60,000 bases of DNA from Laetmonice hystrix (Eukaryota). Shown here piece after piece: positions 12,331-24,542 of the stretch; positions within the stretch are counted from its first letter, which is position 1, and every line of letters starts with the position of its first letter. Location of the stretch: positions 41,542,001-41,602,000 of the forward strand of contig OZ249436.1 of assembly GCA_965235115.1 (NCBI GenBank). The letters are read 5' to 3'. The notes beneath the pieces are model-generated. The model made no database searches. It had not been told where the DNA came from and saw nothing but the letters and a program-made list of their open reading frames with translations. The translations under genes were made by a program, and so were the position numbers.

Positions 12331-14523
12331 TGGACGACACAGCGAACTATAGGTGAGCCATCGGAGAGGTTGTGGAAGGTAGTCTACGCGTCTCCGGCAT
12401 GGGCTCGGACCATGGCTGCGTTATAATTAAGGAAACTCATCGATCACAGCTATAGCCAATCTAAGTATTCTGACGCCGTGAAATAACCAATAATAAAAAA
12501 AGAAAGTAAGTCTGGAAAACTAATTGGCTTGAGTGTAAAATTGTCTCCTAGACCTAATTGGTACTGACTGGCACGTGTAAGATGGTTGCATGTCAGTAGA
12601 GTCAGTAGACCCTTGTGTGTCGCTTATCCTTCGCAGAGTCGACCAACTCTAGATGTTTTAAAGCCTGCAATTCCAGTCATGCAAAGATAACAGATAGATC
12701 TATGTTTATGGCCGATAAGCATGACTCGATTTCTCATTGTAAGCTCTCCTTCTGCTGCCCACACGTATAAGTTATCTCCTTTGTGGTGCGCGAAGTGGAA
12801 CTCCAACTACGCACGCATTCACTGTGGATATATACACATGAGCTTCCTTGTTCCTTCCTGCCTTGGAAAATGCGATTCACCATGCACCAACAGCGAGGCG
12901 ACCGCGTGTGCAAGACCAAAGACCATGAAAAGTGGTTTGGTTTTCTGGCTTCCGCGCATTCGTGATAGCTGCCCGAGGTCGTGAAATAGTAGCTGCTTGA
13001 TCTCCAGCCGTCATAATGTCGCAGGCTTACGACTTCACCGCACATCGATCCAACCACAGAGCGACCCCTTCGTTTATCCTCTTGCTTAAGTCTCAATACA
13101 TCAGGGTTACGAATCTAAATTTATAATAGCTGAAGGCAGACTGCAGTCTGCATGCAGACGTGATATAGAGTTGAACGTAGGCCTATACTTGCGGTATTGT
13201 AGGCCTAATGGCATATTATTAACTGCTACTCAGCAATTCACGTCTCGATTTAAAATTTTTGTCTTGTGAATTTTGACGATGCCGTTAAATATGTATAGAA
13301 TAGTCTATAAGAAGGGAATTAAATATCCTTTTATCGCCAGGAGTCACCATACTATCGTTTAATCAAGATTACCAGGTCATCTTAATTACAGTTCATCCTC
13401 CTACCTGAGAGTCAGCGATCAAAAATAAGTCTATACTTAACTGAGAAGCAACCGGCTGCTTGCACCACCACGTCTCAGGAGTAAGAAATGCAGCGGGTCG
13501 CATTTCGGCTGAGTGTTAGTCGTGGACCTATATAAAAGAGCGTTTCCCGACAGGATACAGACACATGCCCCCCTAAAGGGCTGTTCGGTGATTCCTGTAG
13601 CCGGCGCCCAATTCCTCAACATAAAGTCGAATAATGTGTCGTATATTTGTTATCATCTATAAAAACACGCTCATCGCAGCTGTCATCATCTTTTTGGTCC
13701 ATTTATCCTCTATGATGCATTTCATACTTTATCCTACCCAAACCTATTGGAAGTCTCTTGTCCAGTCTCTGTAGAGCAATATCTAGGCCTATAAGTGCAG
13801 TAAGTCATGGTCTTCGACAGCAGCAATCGTAAAACATGGCCACTTCGTAATCCAAGCCAGGTGGTAATGGATATCGTATGGACGTCCCGCCCACAAATCT
13901 AGCGATTTGTTCGCTCCCTGGTGGCCATGAGTGGAACGATCAAGTCCCGGGAGGCCGTTCCATACAAAGCCAGGAATAAACGGCGAACAAGTCGCCATCA
14001 AGTACTCATGCAGGCTCGTATACTATTAACGTTGCTACTCTGCAGTGGGGAATAGATCTACAACATTATGGCACTGCAATGTAAGCGGGTGGCAAAGTCT
14101 GCGGTTATGCCACGGTGGCCAATGACTGAGGCTATGGAACTCGTGATGCATGGCCTTGTTGTAGTGATAAATTAAAGATATGCCTACATTGTGGTCTCCG
14201 ACACAAAGCTCCCCTACCTTTCTATGTGGATTTGGCAGGTAGTATTATGTCAAATATATTCCAAAAGTCGTCAAATCTAATTATTTCAGTCACTGAAAAT
14301 TACTATTTGGCTTCCGAGACCCCGGGAGCTGTTTTTCATATTCCTACGAATAAGGATATGCAAATTAGGTCTGTGCAGATTAGAAGCTCTTCTGTCGATT
14401 TGTAGGCTACTAGCGGAAATAGATTTCGAATATTGTCAGGATTATTCTCGGGAAAATCACAGATTTTTTTTCACGAATTCTGGAACTACATTAGTTGCGG
14501 ACTGTTACCGAAGGTGTGCTCTA

Positions 14524-14713
14524 CAGTGCCGGATCCAGGATTCTTAGAAAGGGGGGGGGGCGTAGCCCCTGGAGATGAATGCGAGCGCCGAAGGCGCAAA
14601 GCCCCGGGGGGGGGGACCTTCCAGTCTAAAAAATCATTACTCTGCCAAAAATAGGGGGCGCACGCCCCCCCCCCCCCCCACGCCCCTCCCCCCCCCCCTT
14701 GGATCCGGCCCTG
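14524..14713. mobile_element. CAG..GGATCC MITE with 5-bp TSD CTCTA
   Basis: CTCTA|CAGTGCCGGATCCAGG ... GGATCCGGCCCTG|CTCTA. Confidence 0.75.
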
Positions 14714-16134
14714 CTCTACACCACACAACGTTCAACCGATTGCAAATGGCAGCATTCATCGTCTTGACGTGCATGCACTCCAGCTAGGTTTTGTATTTTT
14801 TCCACCACCATGCAGGGGAAATTTGACAGCTGTCTACTCGTATGTGTTAACAGAATCGTATGAAAAACATTCAGTGCCATAAAGTACGTCAGTGGTGAGT
14901 AGGAGAGCATAAATCTGAAGATTCCGGTCGAGTCGCCGATGATATACTCCCTTTAAAAGAAAGGAAAATCGCCAGTCTGTACAGGCCAGGCACACAAGCC
15001 TGGCACACAGGCCGTGATATTCTCAGCAAGTTAAAAAAGATTTGAACACAATTGGTGCTCAAATAGTTAAAAGCACTTTAGTACTGGGGCCTGGTTAGAG
15101 CGCTGCTCAGCTGGTGGATTCTGTCATAGCGTCTGCTCGCATTCGGAACACCTCAGCCCAACTTCCGGTCGCTTCGCTAGTTGTGGTCTCGGACCTCGCA
15201 AGCCGTAGAGATATGACAGTGTTTCCACGGGTTTAGGCACATCACAACTCGCGTAGTGCGCAAAGTAGTTCATAGATTGTCGGTATTCGGCCTAACGCGC
15301 GGGATTGTTTATCGGTAAAGATGGCTAATTTCCGAAGATTTGCAGCCTCGATCGTTCTTAGCAGCCGCGACACATTCAGTTTTGCAGTATTTATGAAATC
15401 ATACGACTTTACTAGCTTGTAATTGTATCAACATAAGAAATGACGTCATATGCCTGAAGGAATCCCGATGGAATCCCCAGTGAGACAGCGCGCCCGTGGG
15501 ACGAACGTTCACCACTGTCTGACGACAAACAATGCCAATAGGAAAGTCAACATCTAAAAAAGTATCTATAGAGACCTGATTAGATTTTCTTTGACGTCTC
15601 ATCCACTTGTCAGAGGTATCAGGCGGAGATCTGCTTTTAAACAAGCCAGACACTGCTTGTCTTTCACTTTTGTCGGCGTGTCGGCCGTCACCATTTAGAC
15701 CACGTTGATGAGGAATAGCTATAGAATTAAGCCTACCGATGTCAGGGGATATATCAGGGTGGACACGGATCTGGGCAGCCGTGAGTTTCGGCCGCCTGCA
15801 TTCAATTCGTCCCGCTCAGAGGTGTGATGTTGACGGAGCTCAGCGCCTCTGAGGCCGGGCCCGACCTGGCGTTACCGAGACTGGGCCCGACTCTGACTAC
15901 GACCGCGGGCACTGGCAGTCAGCACCACAGGAGTCAGACTCCTGTGGTCAGCAAAGACCTGTTGCGTTTAGTTGTGACTGTGACTGTGGGACTGACCTCC
16001 GTCGATTTGCCCACCCGACTCGGCTGCCTTTAGCCTATAAGTCTAGCCTAGCCCCGGCATGCAATAGATGGGCACAAGGACGTCAGCCCCACAAATGGCT
16101 GCGCCGCTGAAGCCAGTGATTTTGACACGGTTGG

Positions 16135-16300
16135 CAGGGCCGTAGCCTGGCCCAAATGCGTGGGGGGGGGGGGGGGGCAGTAGGCCTGCCAAGTGATAGC
16201 GCGTCATTGCGCCGGTCGAGCTGGCCCGGGGTGTGGGTGAAAAAAACACAAATAAAACTGGAAATCCCAGGGCCCCCCCCCCCCGCAGGCTACGGCCCTG
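16135..16300. mobile_element. CAGGGCCGTAGCC MITE inserted in another repeat
   Basis: TIR CAGGGCCGTAGCCTG / CAGGCTACGGCCCTG; flanks GTTGG / GTTGT. A paralogous empty site lies at ~17167-17215. Confidence 0.8.
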
Positions 16301-17721
16301 GTTGTCATGTTCAACATAATTAATTTGGCGATTGATGCGTCTGGGCCACCTCAGTGGCGTCACTTGACGTCAAATAGAAACTCAGGTAAATTATAGCCAA
16401 TAAATTAAGATTCTCCACACCGGACCAATAGAAGGTCACGTTGATCTGGCTGCAAATTATGACTTCTTGCAATGGGGGGGACATTTATTTCTAACCACTA
16501 CTCTGAAAGGTGAGTATATAATAGAGGCATTGCAGCTGTCCAAATGTGATTTTTGACTGGACTTCTCCTTTAACGCAGACCGTCTTCCAGACGTTTTTTT
16601 TCTTTATTTATGCGAAATTTTACGAAACGAAAAAAGTGAGGGTCCATACTTCGCGTTAACTTAGGCAGTGTCAGCGCAGACCTGTTGCGTTTAGTTATAT
16701 AGCCTTTTAATTCAAGAAGGTTTAGGGTTTACCATTAGGGTTATGGATAGTGATATGGTGTAGTCACATTACAAAAAGAAAACACTGAGGGATTTAACTG
16801 ACATCGATTTACCCCGATGGTGATGATGAGTCGTAGGCCTACTCGTGGATATATATATACTGGCGGCCAGTGCATTCACCCGGCCGTCAACGTGCGTGCA
16901 GGACTCGGACACCCGGGCGCGCTCGGACAATCGGCCGACCACCTGGCCCTCCCTGTCTGTGTGCTTGGCCTACTCGTCCAGCCTCTCGTGGGACTGCCCC
17001 CCCCCCTATCGCCCACCCGCCCTGGCCGCCTCTCTAGCCTAGCCCCGACAATCCCGGCCTCAGTTGATTCAGGATCGGCCCACTCGCTTACTGGCAGACA
17101 GCAGCATGTGCATGCTCAAATAGAAGGCACAATGACGTCAATGACTTCCGGCCAGCCCCATAAATTGGCTGCGCCGCTGAAGCCAGTGATTTTGACACGG
17201 TTGTCATGTTCGACATATGACTTCTTGGAATGGGGGGGACATTTATTTCCAACCACTATACTGTGAAAGGTGAGTATACAAAGAGGCCTTGCGGTGGTCC
17301 AAATGTGACTTTTGACTAGAGTTTGGCTTTAATCATAACTATATAGTTGCGCGGCCAGTCTTGCTTTGTAGGCCTATAGATCATCATTCCCCGTGTCGGC
17401 TTAGATCTATAGAGGTAGAAATTTAAAGCTATTTACATTATTTGGGACCTGCAGGCTCAGCGTGTCGACTTAGGCAGAGTGGCGACTTACAAATGTCGGC
17501 ATGTATTCTACATATAGACTTCTATAGAATTGACATTAGGCCAAATCGGGATAATTGCGTCGACTTATAAATAGGCGGTTTGTTGGGTTACACGCTGGCG
17601 ACTTAGGCGGAGTTTACTAGTATTTTGTTTAAAAGCCGAATATAACTAAATCTCTGAACCAGGCTTTGTGCCCACAATGAATATAATTAAGCGAGACTGG
17701 TTATAGTTGTCATTTCTTAAA

Positions 17722-17904
17722 GGAAATATGTCACGGGGGGGGGGGGGTATCGACCGAAATCTTCAGTTTTCTGCTTACCTGCTCGCCACTGACGTACTTT
17801 ATGGCACTGATTGTTTTTCATATTGATTCTGTTAACACATACGAGTAGACAGCTGAAACACGACGTATTATTTGAAATTCGTGACATAGAGGTCTATTAT
17901 ACCT
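17722..17904. mobile_element. TTAA-flanked MITE (Kolobok-like)
   Basis: TTAAAGGAAATATGTCACG ... CGTGACATA...ACCTTTAA. Its internal segment recurs inverted at ~14827-14857. Confidence 0.5.
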
Positions 17905-18317
17905 TTAAAATACAAGGTAGGGGCCTATAATACTACAGTCTTTCCGTACATTTGCTGCATGTAATACGGTCAAAATTAGTGTTATCTCTATAGATCTATA
18001 ACCCTATACTTGGCCCCCTACACTAGTTTTTCTTTGCCACAACCATCAAATTCCTACTTTGCTCCGAACCCTAAATTCCAACTTTGCCCCCCCCCCCCTT
18101 GTTAGCCCTCCCAATATTCTTGCCTATACGCCAAGTCTATATCATTGCGGTGTTTTTGCCCATATACCGTCCGCGGTTTGCAACGCTCTTACATGCAAGG
18201 GGCGATGAAACGTCGATAGATCTGCTGCATTCCTCGTTCTGCATGCATGTGTTTCGTTTGTTTGGAAGAGACTGTTTTCCCAAACGTGGCGTTTCCATGC
18301 CGACCATCGTAGGCAAG

Positions 18318-20684
18318 GGCCCGGTCCACTGTCCCGATCGTGCCCGATCGGATCGGCACCGATCACTGCAAGGATCGGCCCCCAAATCGTACCCGATTAC
18401 TTGAAACCGATCCTAACGTCCACTGTCCCGAGTGATCGGTACCGATTGAAATCGACCCCGGTTGAAATCGGTACCAATCCAGGGGGCGGATCCAGCTAGG
18501 GGGGGTCCAACGTTTCTAGGGGCGCCACAGGCGTGACTGTATACGAGCGCCGAAGGCGCGAAGTCCGCAAGCACCCAAGGCGCGAAGCCTTGCTAGGGGG
18601 GTCCGAGGGCATGCCCCCGGAAAATTTTGAAATTCGAGGTGTAATTTGGTGAAATCCGGTGCATTTTGGAGCACAAAATAAGCTTTTCAATGACCGATGT
18701 CAAAAGTCTGAAGTAGGCATCAGCTGGCGGATCCAGGATTTGGTTAAGGGGGCGCAAATTTTGTTAAGGGGGGTGCAAAAATTCAATCACAGACAATTTC
18801 ATTATGCATATATTCATTTCCTCCAATAAAACGGTAACTCACATCAACACTGCATGGGGGAGGGGGGGGGGGGTCCTGGCCCGGGCCCCTGGGCCCCCCT
18901 AAATTTTCCTCTTTTTTTGGAGGGGATCAAGATGCCCCTGACACCAGCATTCCAACAACATTATTTTAAAAAGCCTCCTGTACGTGATAGTAGGCTAACA
19001 TCGGGCCCCCGAAAAAGGGCCTCGAGCCTCAAGTCCAACAGCAACACAACCTTGTCTCTAGGTATGAAAAAAAATTTTAGGTCTTTTTTATCTTGCGACG
19101 GCCAGAAGGGGGCGCGCCCCTGCGCCCCCTTGGCGCGCCCCTGCGCCCGCCACTGGGCCTACAATGCTGTCGCCTATTTTAGAGTTTGCTGCATGTGGGT
19201 GTGGGGTCCGAATTCATGATCGGCAGGAGAGGCGCCATGATCGGCAGGAGGGGCGCCATGAAATTATAGGGGGGGGGGTCCGGACCCCATGTGACCCCCC
19301 TGGATCCGCCAGTGTGATCCATCTGGATAAACCTCAGAATTGTCTCAAATTTTATCAAAATCTGTCCGCTGGGACCTGAAATATGGCCCAGTTCCAGTTA
19401 AATGGCGGCCATCTTTGATTTTGGGCTGTTACTCACTTATGCAATATGATAGAAACCTACACCCGGGCTCAGTTTGCCCCTGAAATATCATACTTTCAGA
19501 AAAAATAGGGTGTACAATGTTGCCAGGGGGTGCAACAAAACCAAAATTTTAGGACGCTGGCTCCCAGACTATATGCTTGGTTTGAACGTTACGTCATTGG
19601 GGGGGGGGGGGGGGGGCTTGCAACCCCTTCACCATCCACTGATTCTCATATAGGCTAAATACATAAGATAAATGCTGCTTGCATATTCTATTACGTGCAA
19701 AAAACGTCTTCAACAGGTTTTTATCTGGCGCACTGCCACATGCGGATTTAGCGGGAGGGGGTGGCAGCACGCTCCCCTGTTCATTAAAAAAACTTTTTTT
19801 AGCAATAGGCCCTCGGCCTAACTAAGATAACACCTTGCATTTCGTTCTCAGATGCCAGGGAAACACGGCACTTTAATTTTCTTTTTTTTTCAGACCCCTC
19901 TCCCCCACTCAAGGCTTCGCGTCTTCGGCGTTGGCATCGGGGGGGGGGGGGGCTTCCCCAAATTCCTGAATCCGCCCCTGACTGCCCTACTCAGAACGTT
20001 CGAAGCTGGGTAGGCTATGATTCAGCCTTGATCATCACGGCCCTCTGCAGGCATACACCGCGAAGAGGGCTTTGGTTTGCGAACCTCTTGCTCCCTCCCT
20101 TCCCCATTGTTTTGGCGACGTTGGTAAGCACCTTTATCGCCCAAATTAGGCCACCTAGAAAGAGAAAACCGATGGCAAAAATATCCCTTCTTCTCCATAA
20201 TGCGGCAGTGCCGGATCCCGGGGGAGGGGGTGTCGGTGCCCCCCCCCCCCACCTCAAATTTGCCAAATTAATTTTTTTATAACCAAAATGCCTTTTGTTT
20301 TTACAACGCCCCCACCCCTGGATTTGCCCTTTTTATGCTTGACCCCTAGGACCCCCCCCCCCCGAATATAGACCCTAGATCCGCCCCTGAATCCGCCCCC
20401 CCCCCCCAAAAAAAAATCATGGCTCCGGCCTGCCGTACGTCAGACCACTGAGCCATCTAGCGGTGGTTGTAGATACCATCGATCGGGCCCGATTGTAGGA
20501 TCGGCCCCGACCACATTAAACCGTGTTAAAGCGATCGGGCCTGTGAAATCATCGGATCCGATCATCTTACATCGGGAACGATCCTTACGTCCACTATAAC
20601 GATCGATCGGGGGTCACAAACGATCGCCCCCGATCAGATCGTAGGTCGAGATCGGGCCCGATGATCGGGACAGTGGACCGCGCC
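18318..20684. mobile_element. GATC-rich palindromic MITE expanded by several nested CAG..GGATCC MITEs
   Basis: Outer arms GGCCCGGTCCACTGTCCCGATC (18318) and GATCGGGACAGTGGACCGCGCC (~20663-20684). Inner elements start at ~18480, 18720, 19738 and 20206. Confidence 0.65.
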
Positions 20685-21043
20685 TACTAGACCTACCAGG
20701 GGTCATACAGCTTCCCGCCTTTAGAAACATAGTACGATAGCCCCAGTAAACAACTAGCATTAAGTAGGCCTACTATAAGAATATAGGGAAACCAACTGTA
20801 TATAAATATTATGCATAAATCATGTAATCACATAATTATAATATTAGACCAACCCCTCCAAATTGGCCTACCACGTGATGGGGATATAGCCCCATAGGCC
20901 GTAGGTATAGGCCTATATAGGCCTATATGCCTATATTATTAACCGTATACAAATATACAATGTATAACATGTATAGTTCGATTATGTTTAGCCTAATATT
21001 ATATTTAGATCTCTCTTTATATAGGCCTATAATTACACACCTA

Positions 21044-21189
21044 CACTCTAAAAACAGATTGGTTGAAATTAACTAAGATATTGGTTGAATCAACCAATAT
21101 TGGTTGAAATGTGTCCAACCATTTGGATTGGTTGGACACATTTCAACCAATATTGGTTAATATTATTCAACCAATCTGTTTTTAGAGTG
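21044..21189. mobile_element. Near-perfect hairpin MITE with CAC termini, TA-flanked
   Basis: TA|CACTCTAAAAACAGATTGGTTGAA ... TTCAACCAATCTGTTTTTAGAGTG|TA. Confidence 0.8.
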
Positions 21190-22333
21190 TACACTTATTA
21201 TAGGCCTACTTGACTAAATTATATGACTATTAAAAGAGGATCTGCATTATAGGCAGGCCATAACCGGGGGGGGGGGGGGGTCTGGGGGAATGAAGACACC
21301 CCCCCCCCCCTTGGGCCCAAAGGTCCTGGTTTTCTGGAATGGGTCCAAACCGGGACTCTTTTTTGTATATATCGGGACCTTTTTAAGGAAGTTTCCAAGT
21401 ATAAAGCGGCCTCAGATCGGCGGAAAAGGTCCGCATCTTCAGAAATAAGCCAACAATTATCCACTGAAGGGACCTATGGAGGTGGTAGATGTAGCCTCAT
21501 GCAGGGGTAAGGAAGAAGGATAATGTTTAGGTGATAATATAATAGTCGAAATAATGGACCCTCTTTCGGCTATAGGCAGATACGGTGGGCGGCGAGGCCT
21601 CTCTCGCTCTGTCCGCTGTTCTCTCTGCTGGGCCAGTGTAAAATGTGTCCGTTTCCGTTGTGCGTTTCCGTTATAGGCCTATCCGTTTCCGATTCGATCG
21701 ATTATGAATGCCTATTTCCTATATAATTATGGGAGCGTTTCATGTATACAATCGGACTATACGAAACAGTCTATACTATCTTACCCTACACATATAGAAA
21801 TGCTCCCATAGGAAATAAACGATCGAATCGGAAACGGATAACGGAAACGTACCTATCTATATAGGTAATTAGCTTAGATCTATATCCTAAATGGTGACGG
21901 GGGGCATTTTTCCGCAAAGGTAGGCTATAGCCTACCTATAAAAAATTGTTGGCCTAGTATATATATTATAGGTGCCTAGATTTACTGTTCTTTTTCTTCA
22001 AGTTGGCAATGAGGGGGCGCCATTTCACCCGGGCGCCGATAGTGCTCACTATAGGCTACGCCAAGTGCTGCAGAATGGCCGCTTCATGTAAAGGAAACTG
22101 CGCGACAACTTGTCATAGGGCGGACCATTTGATACGTTGGGGGGGGGTAGGCCTATTATGGTTTAAAAAAATCTGTTCACCAAACACAGCAACAAAAATA
22201 GTTTGTTCATCAAGCTAGGCTACATAAAAAAAGAAGTATATTGGACCGCTCGCTAAATTGGACCAGTTAAATAGCTTGTTTACTCTGAACAAAATTGCAT
22301 AGGGGCGACATCTGGTGAAAAGTCCTTCAAGTG

Positions 22334-22363
22334 CACGTGACGTCACACAAACAAAATGGCGGC
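22334..22363 (+). promoter_or_regulatory. Putative transposase promoter motifs (overlapping E-box/CRE CACGTGACGTCA; YY1-like CAAAATGGCGGC over the ATG)
   Basis: Motifs read directly from the sequence, immediately upstream of and over the proposed ATG at 22356. Confidence 0.4.
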
Positions 22364-23624
22364 TACGTCTTCGTCTGCTGGTAGGTGAGTTAAGATTTCA
22401 CTTTTTCCCCCATTTTCCGTAACTCAGGGTGAAAATTACTGTTGTGCAGGACGTAGATAAATTCATGTAGATATAAAAGCCACACTATATAAAGAACCTT
22501 GGGAAGTCTTCTGTTGCCTATGATGATCTAGATCGTAGGACGTACGCCAGTAAGCTGGTCTACATCCGGGCAATAGTCAAGGTGATTCCTCTATATTGGA
22601 CCACCTTATGCTGGCTATATTGGACCAGTGGTCCAATATAGCGAACTGGTGGTTCAATATACAGTCCTGGTACGCTCATTCGCCTGGGGCCCCGAGGGCC
22701 CATCCTTTTTTCCCATGCAGGACCAGTCACGCCCCCCCCCCCCCCCAAACTTTTGCACCGAATTGGGGACTTCCATGCAGTAATATCCCCGTGTAGTCTC
22801 CTACCGGCCGTCTGCAATTTTGTGAAATTTTTGTAACTTCTGGTTTCTTGGTACTTTCAGAGGTAGGCCTAAATACGGCTTATGGTCCGAGACGGATATG
22901 GACCGAGCCATTTCTGCCTTGAGAAATGGTGATGTGGGGCTCAATGCTGCCGCGAAGACATATGGAGTTCCGAAGGCCACTCTGAAGCGCCACGTTGATG
23001 GGAAAAATTGCTACGCCAATGACAGTGTGAAGCATTTCGGTTGTGCGACCACTCTTCCAGAAGAGCTGGAGACTATGTTAGTCAACCACATCCTCAAACT
23101 AGATTCTCTCTTTTTCGGGGTGTCTGCCACAGATCTACGCCAACTAGCCTACCAGTTAGCGGAACAAAATGACATTCCTCACTCCTTCAACAAGACCAAG
23201 CAACTTGCTGGAAAAGCATGGTATTACGCTTTTATGAAGCGACACCCTGAGCTTTCATTACGCACGCCAGAGCCCACTTCTCTTGACAGAGCTCAAGGCT
23301 TTAATAGAGAGACTGTTGCAGCATTTTTCGATCTTCTTGAGGGTTGCATTGAGAAACATCAGTTTGACACCACGAGAATATTTAACATGGATGAATCCGG
23401 CATCACGTCAGTACAGAAGCCTTCAAAAATCATCTCACAGAAGGGGAAAAAGAAGGTCGGAGGCATGACAAGTGGTGAACGGGGAACTACGACGACTGTC
23501 GTGTGTTGCATCAGCGCCGCAGGAAACTATGTCCCGCCTCTGCTAATATTCAAACGCAAACGCATTCTGGATAGTTTGAAAGAGGGGGTTCCTCCAGGTC
23601 GCGTTGTAGTTGCTAGTGAAAGTG

Positions 23625-24054
23625 AGTAGTGTCAAAAGGAGGGTCCTGGCACACCTGGTCCTATGTTATTCCAATGGGGAAAAATGGCCCCCCACAGCCG
23701 CCCCCCAAGTATGTGGGTCGGCCCCAGGGTGACGTCAGCACTATGGCTAACAAGTCGACGCCTGCAGACGATGACGTCAGCGCTATTTATAGTACCTAAT
23801 GAGGGGACCCACGCCCCCCCCCCCCCAGTCAGCACAACAAGTCGACCCCAAATGACGTCAGCACTATTTATAGTGCCCTACCACGCTATTTATAGTAACA
23901 CCCCCCACCCCCACCCCCACCCCCCAGTCACCACTAACAAGTCGACCCCAAATGACGTCAGGACTATTTATAGTACCCTACCCTGCTATTTATAGCAACA
24001 AGGAAACCCCACCCTCTGGCGACGCTGATGACCCCGTGACCCCGGTGGGGTGCG
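23625..24054 (+). repeat. Left terminal inverted repeat of the Polinton-like element (430 bp)
   Basis: Reverse complement of 31420-31846, differing by about 3 substitutions and a 3-bp poly-C length change. Confidence 0.95.
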
Positions 24055-24542
24055 TGCGTACGTCGGGGTATGTCTGGGTGTGGGGGTGTATGCGTGTATG
24101 TCAAGGACGGATGCGGTTCACACTCACATATGGGGGTGGGGTCTGTGACCCATAGACCTATAGTGGGGCATTAGTCGAGATCGGTACTCGCCGCGGGAAG
24201 GCTGCCCCTAGGAGTACCATCTAAAATTTGGATGCACAAGTCCGAAAGATTTCCCTATCACTACAATCCACCTAATGTTTCCTTCCTATGTCTATGTACA
24301 GGGTGAGTCCACCTAATGTTTCCTCCTTATGTCTATAATGTACAGGGTGAGTCCACCTAATGTTTCCTCCCCATCTCTATTATTTACAAATGGACGCCCA
24401 TGGGAATCATAAGCAACCATGAATGGTTTACAGCTAAATTAATAGCGTGCCAGTGACCACAATGATGACAGGTGGTAGTCAATCCACACTACCTTAAATA
24501 GCGTGCTGAAAATGATGCATTATGATGCCCACAGGGTGCCCC

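Noticed and set aside
23663..23995. 110-aa ORF mirrored by a 109-aa ORF at 31479-31808
   Set aside because: Both lie entirely within the TIRs, and their repetitiveness follows the DNA motif array. No protein features; treated as a by-product of the repeat.
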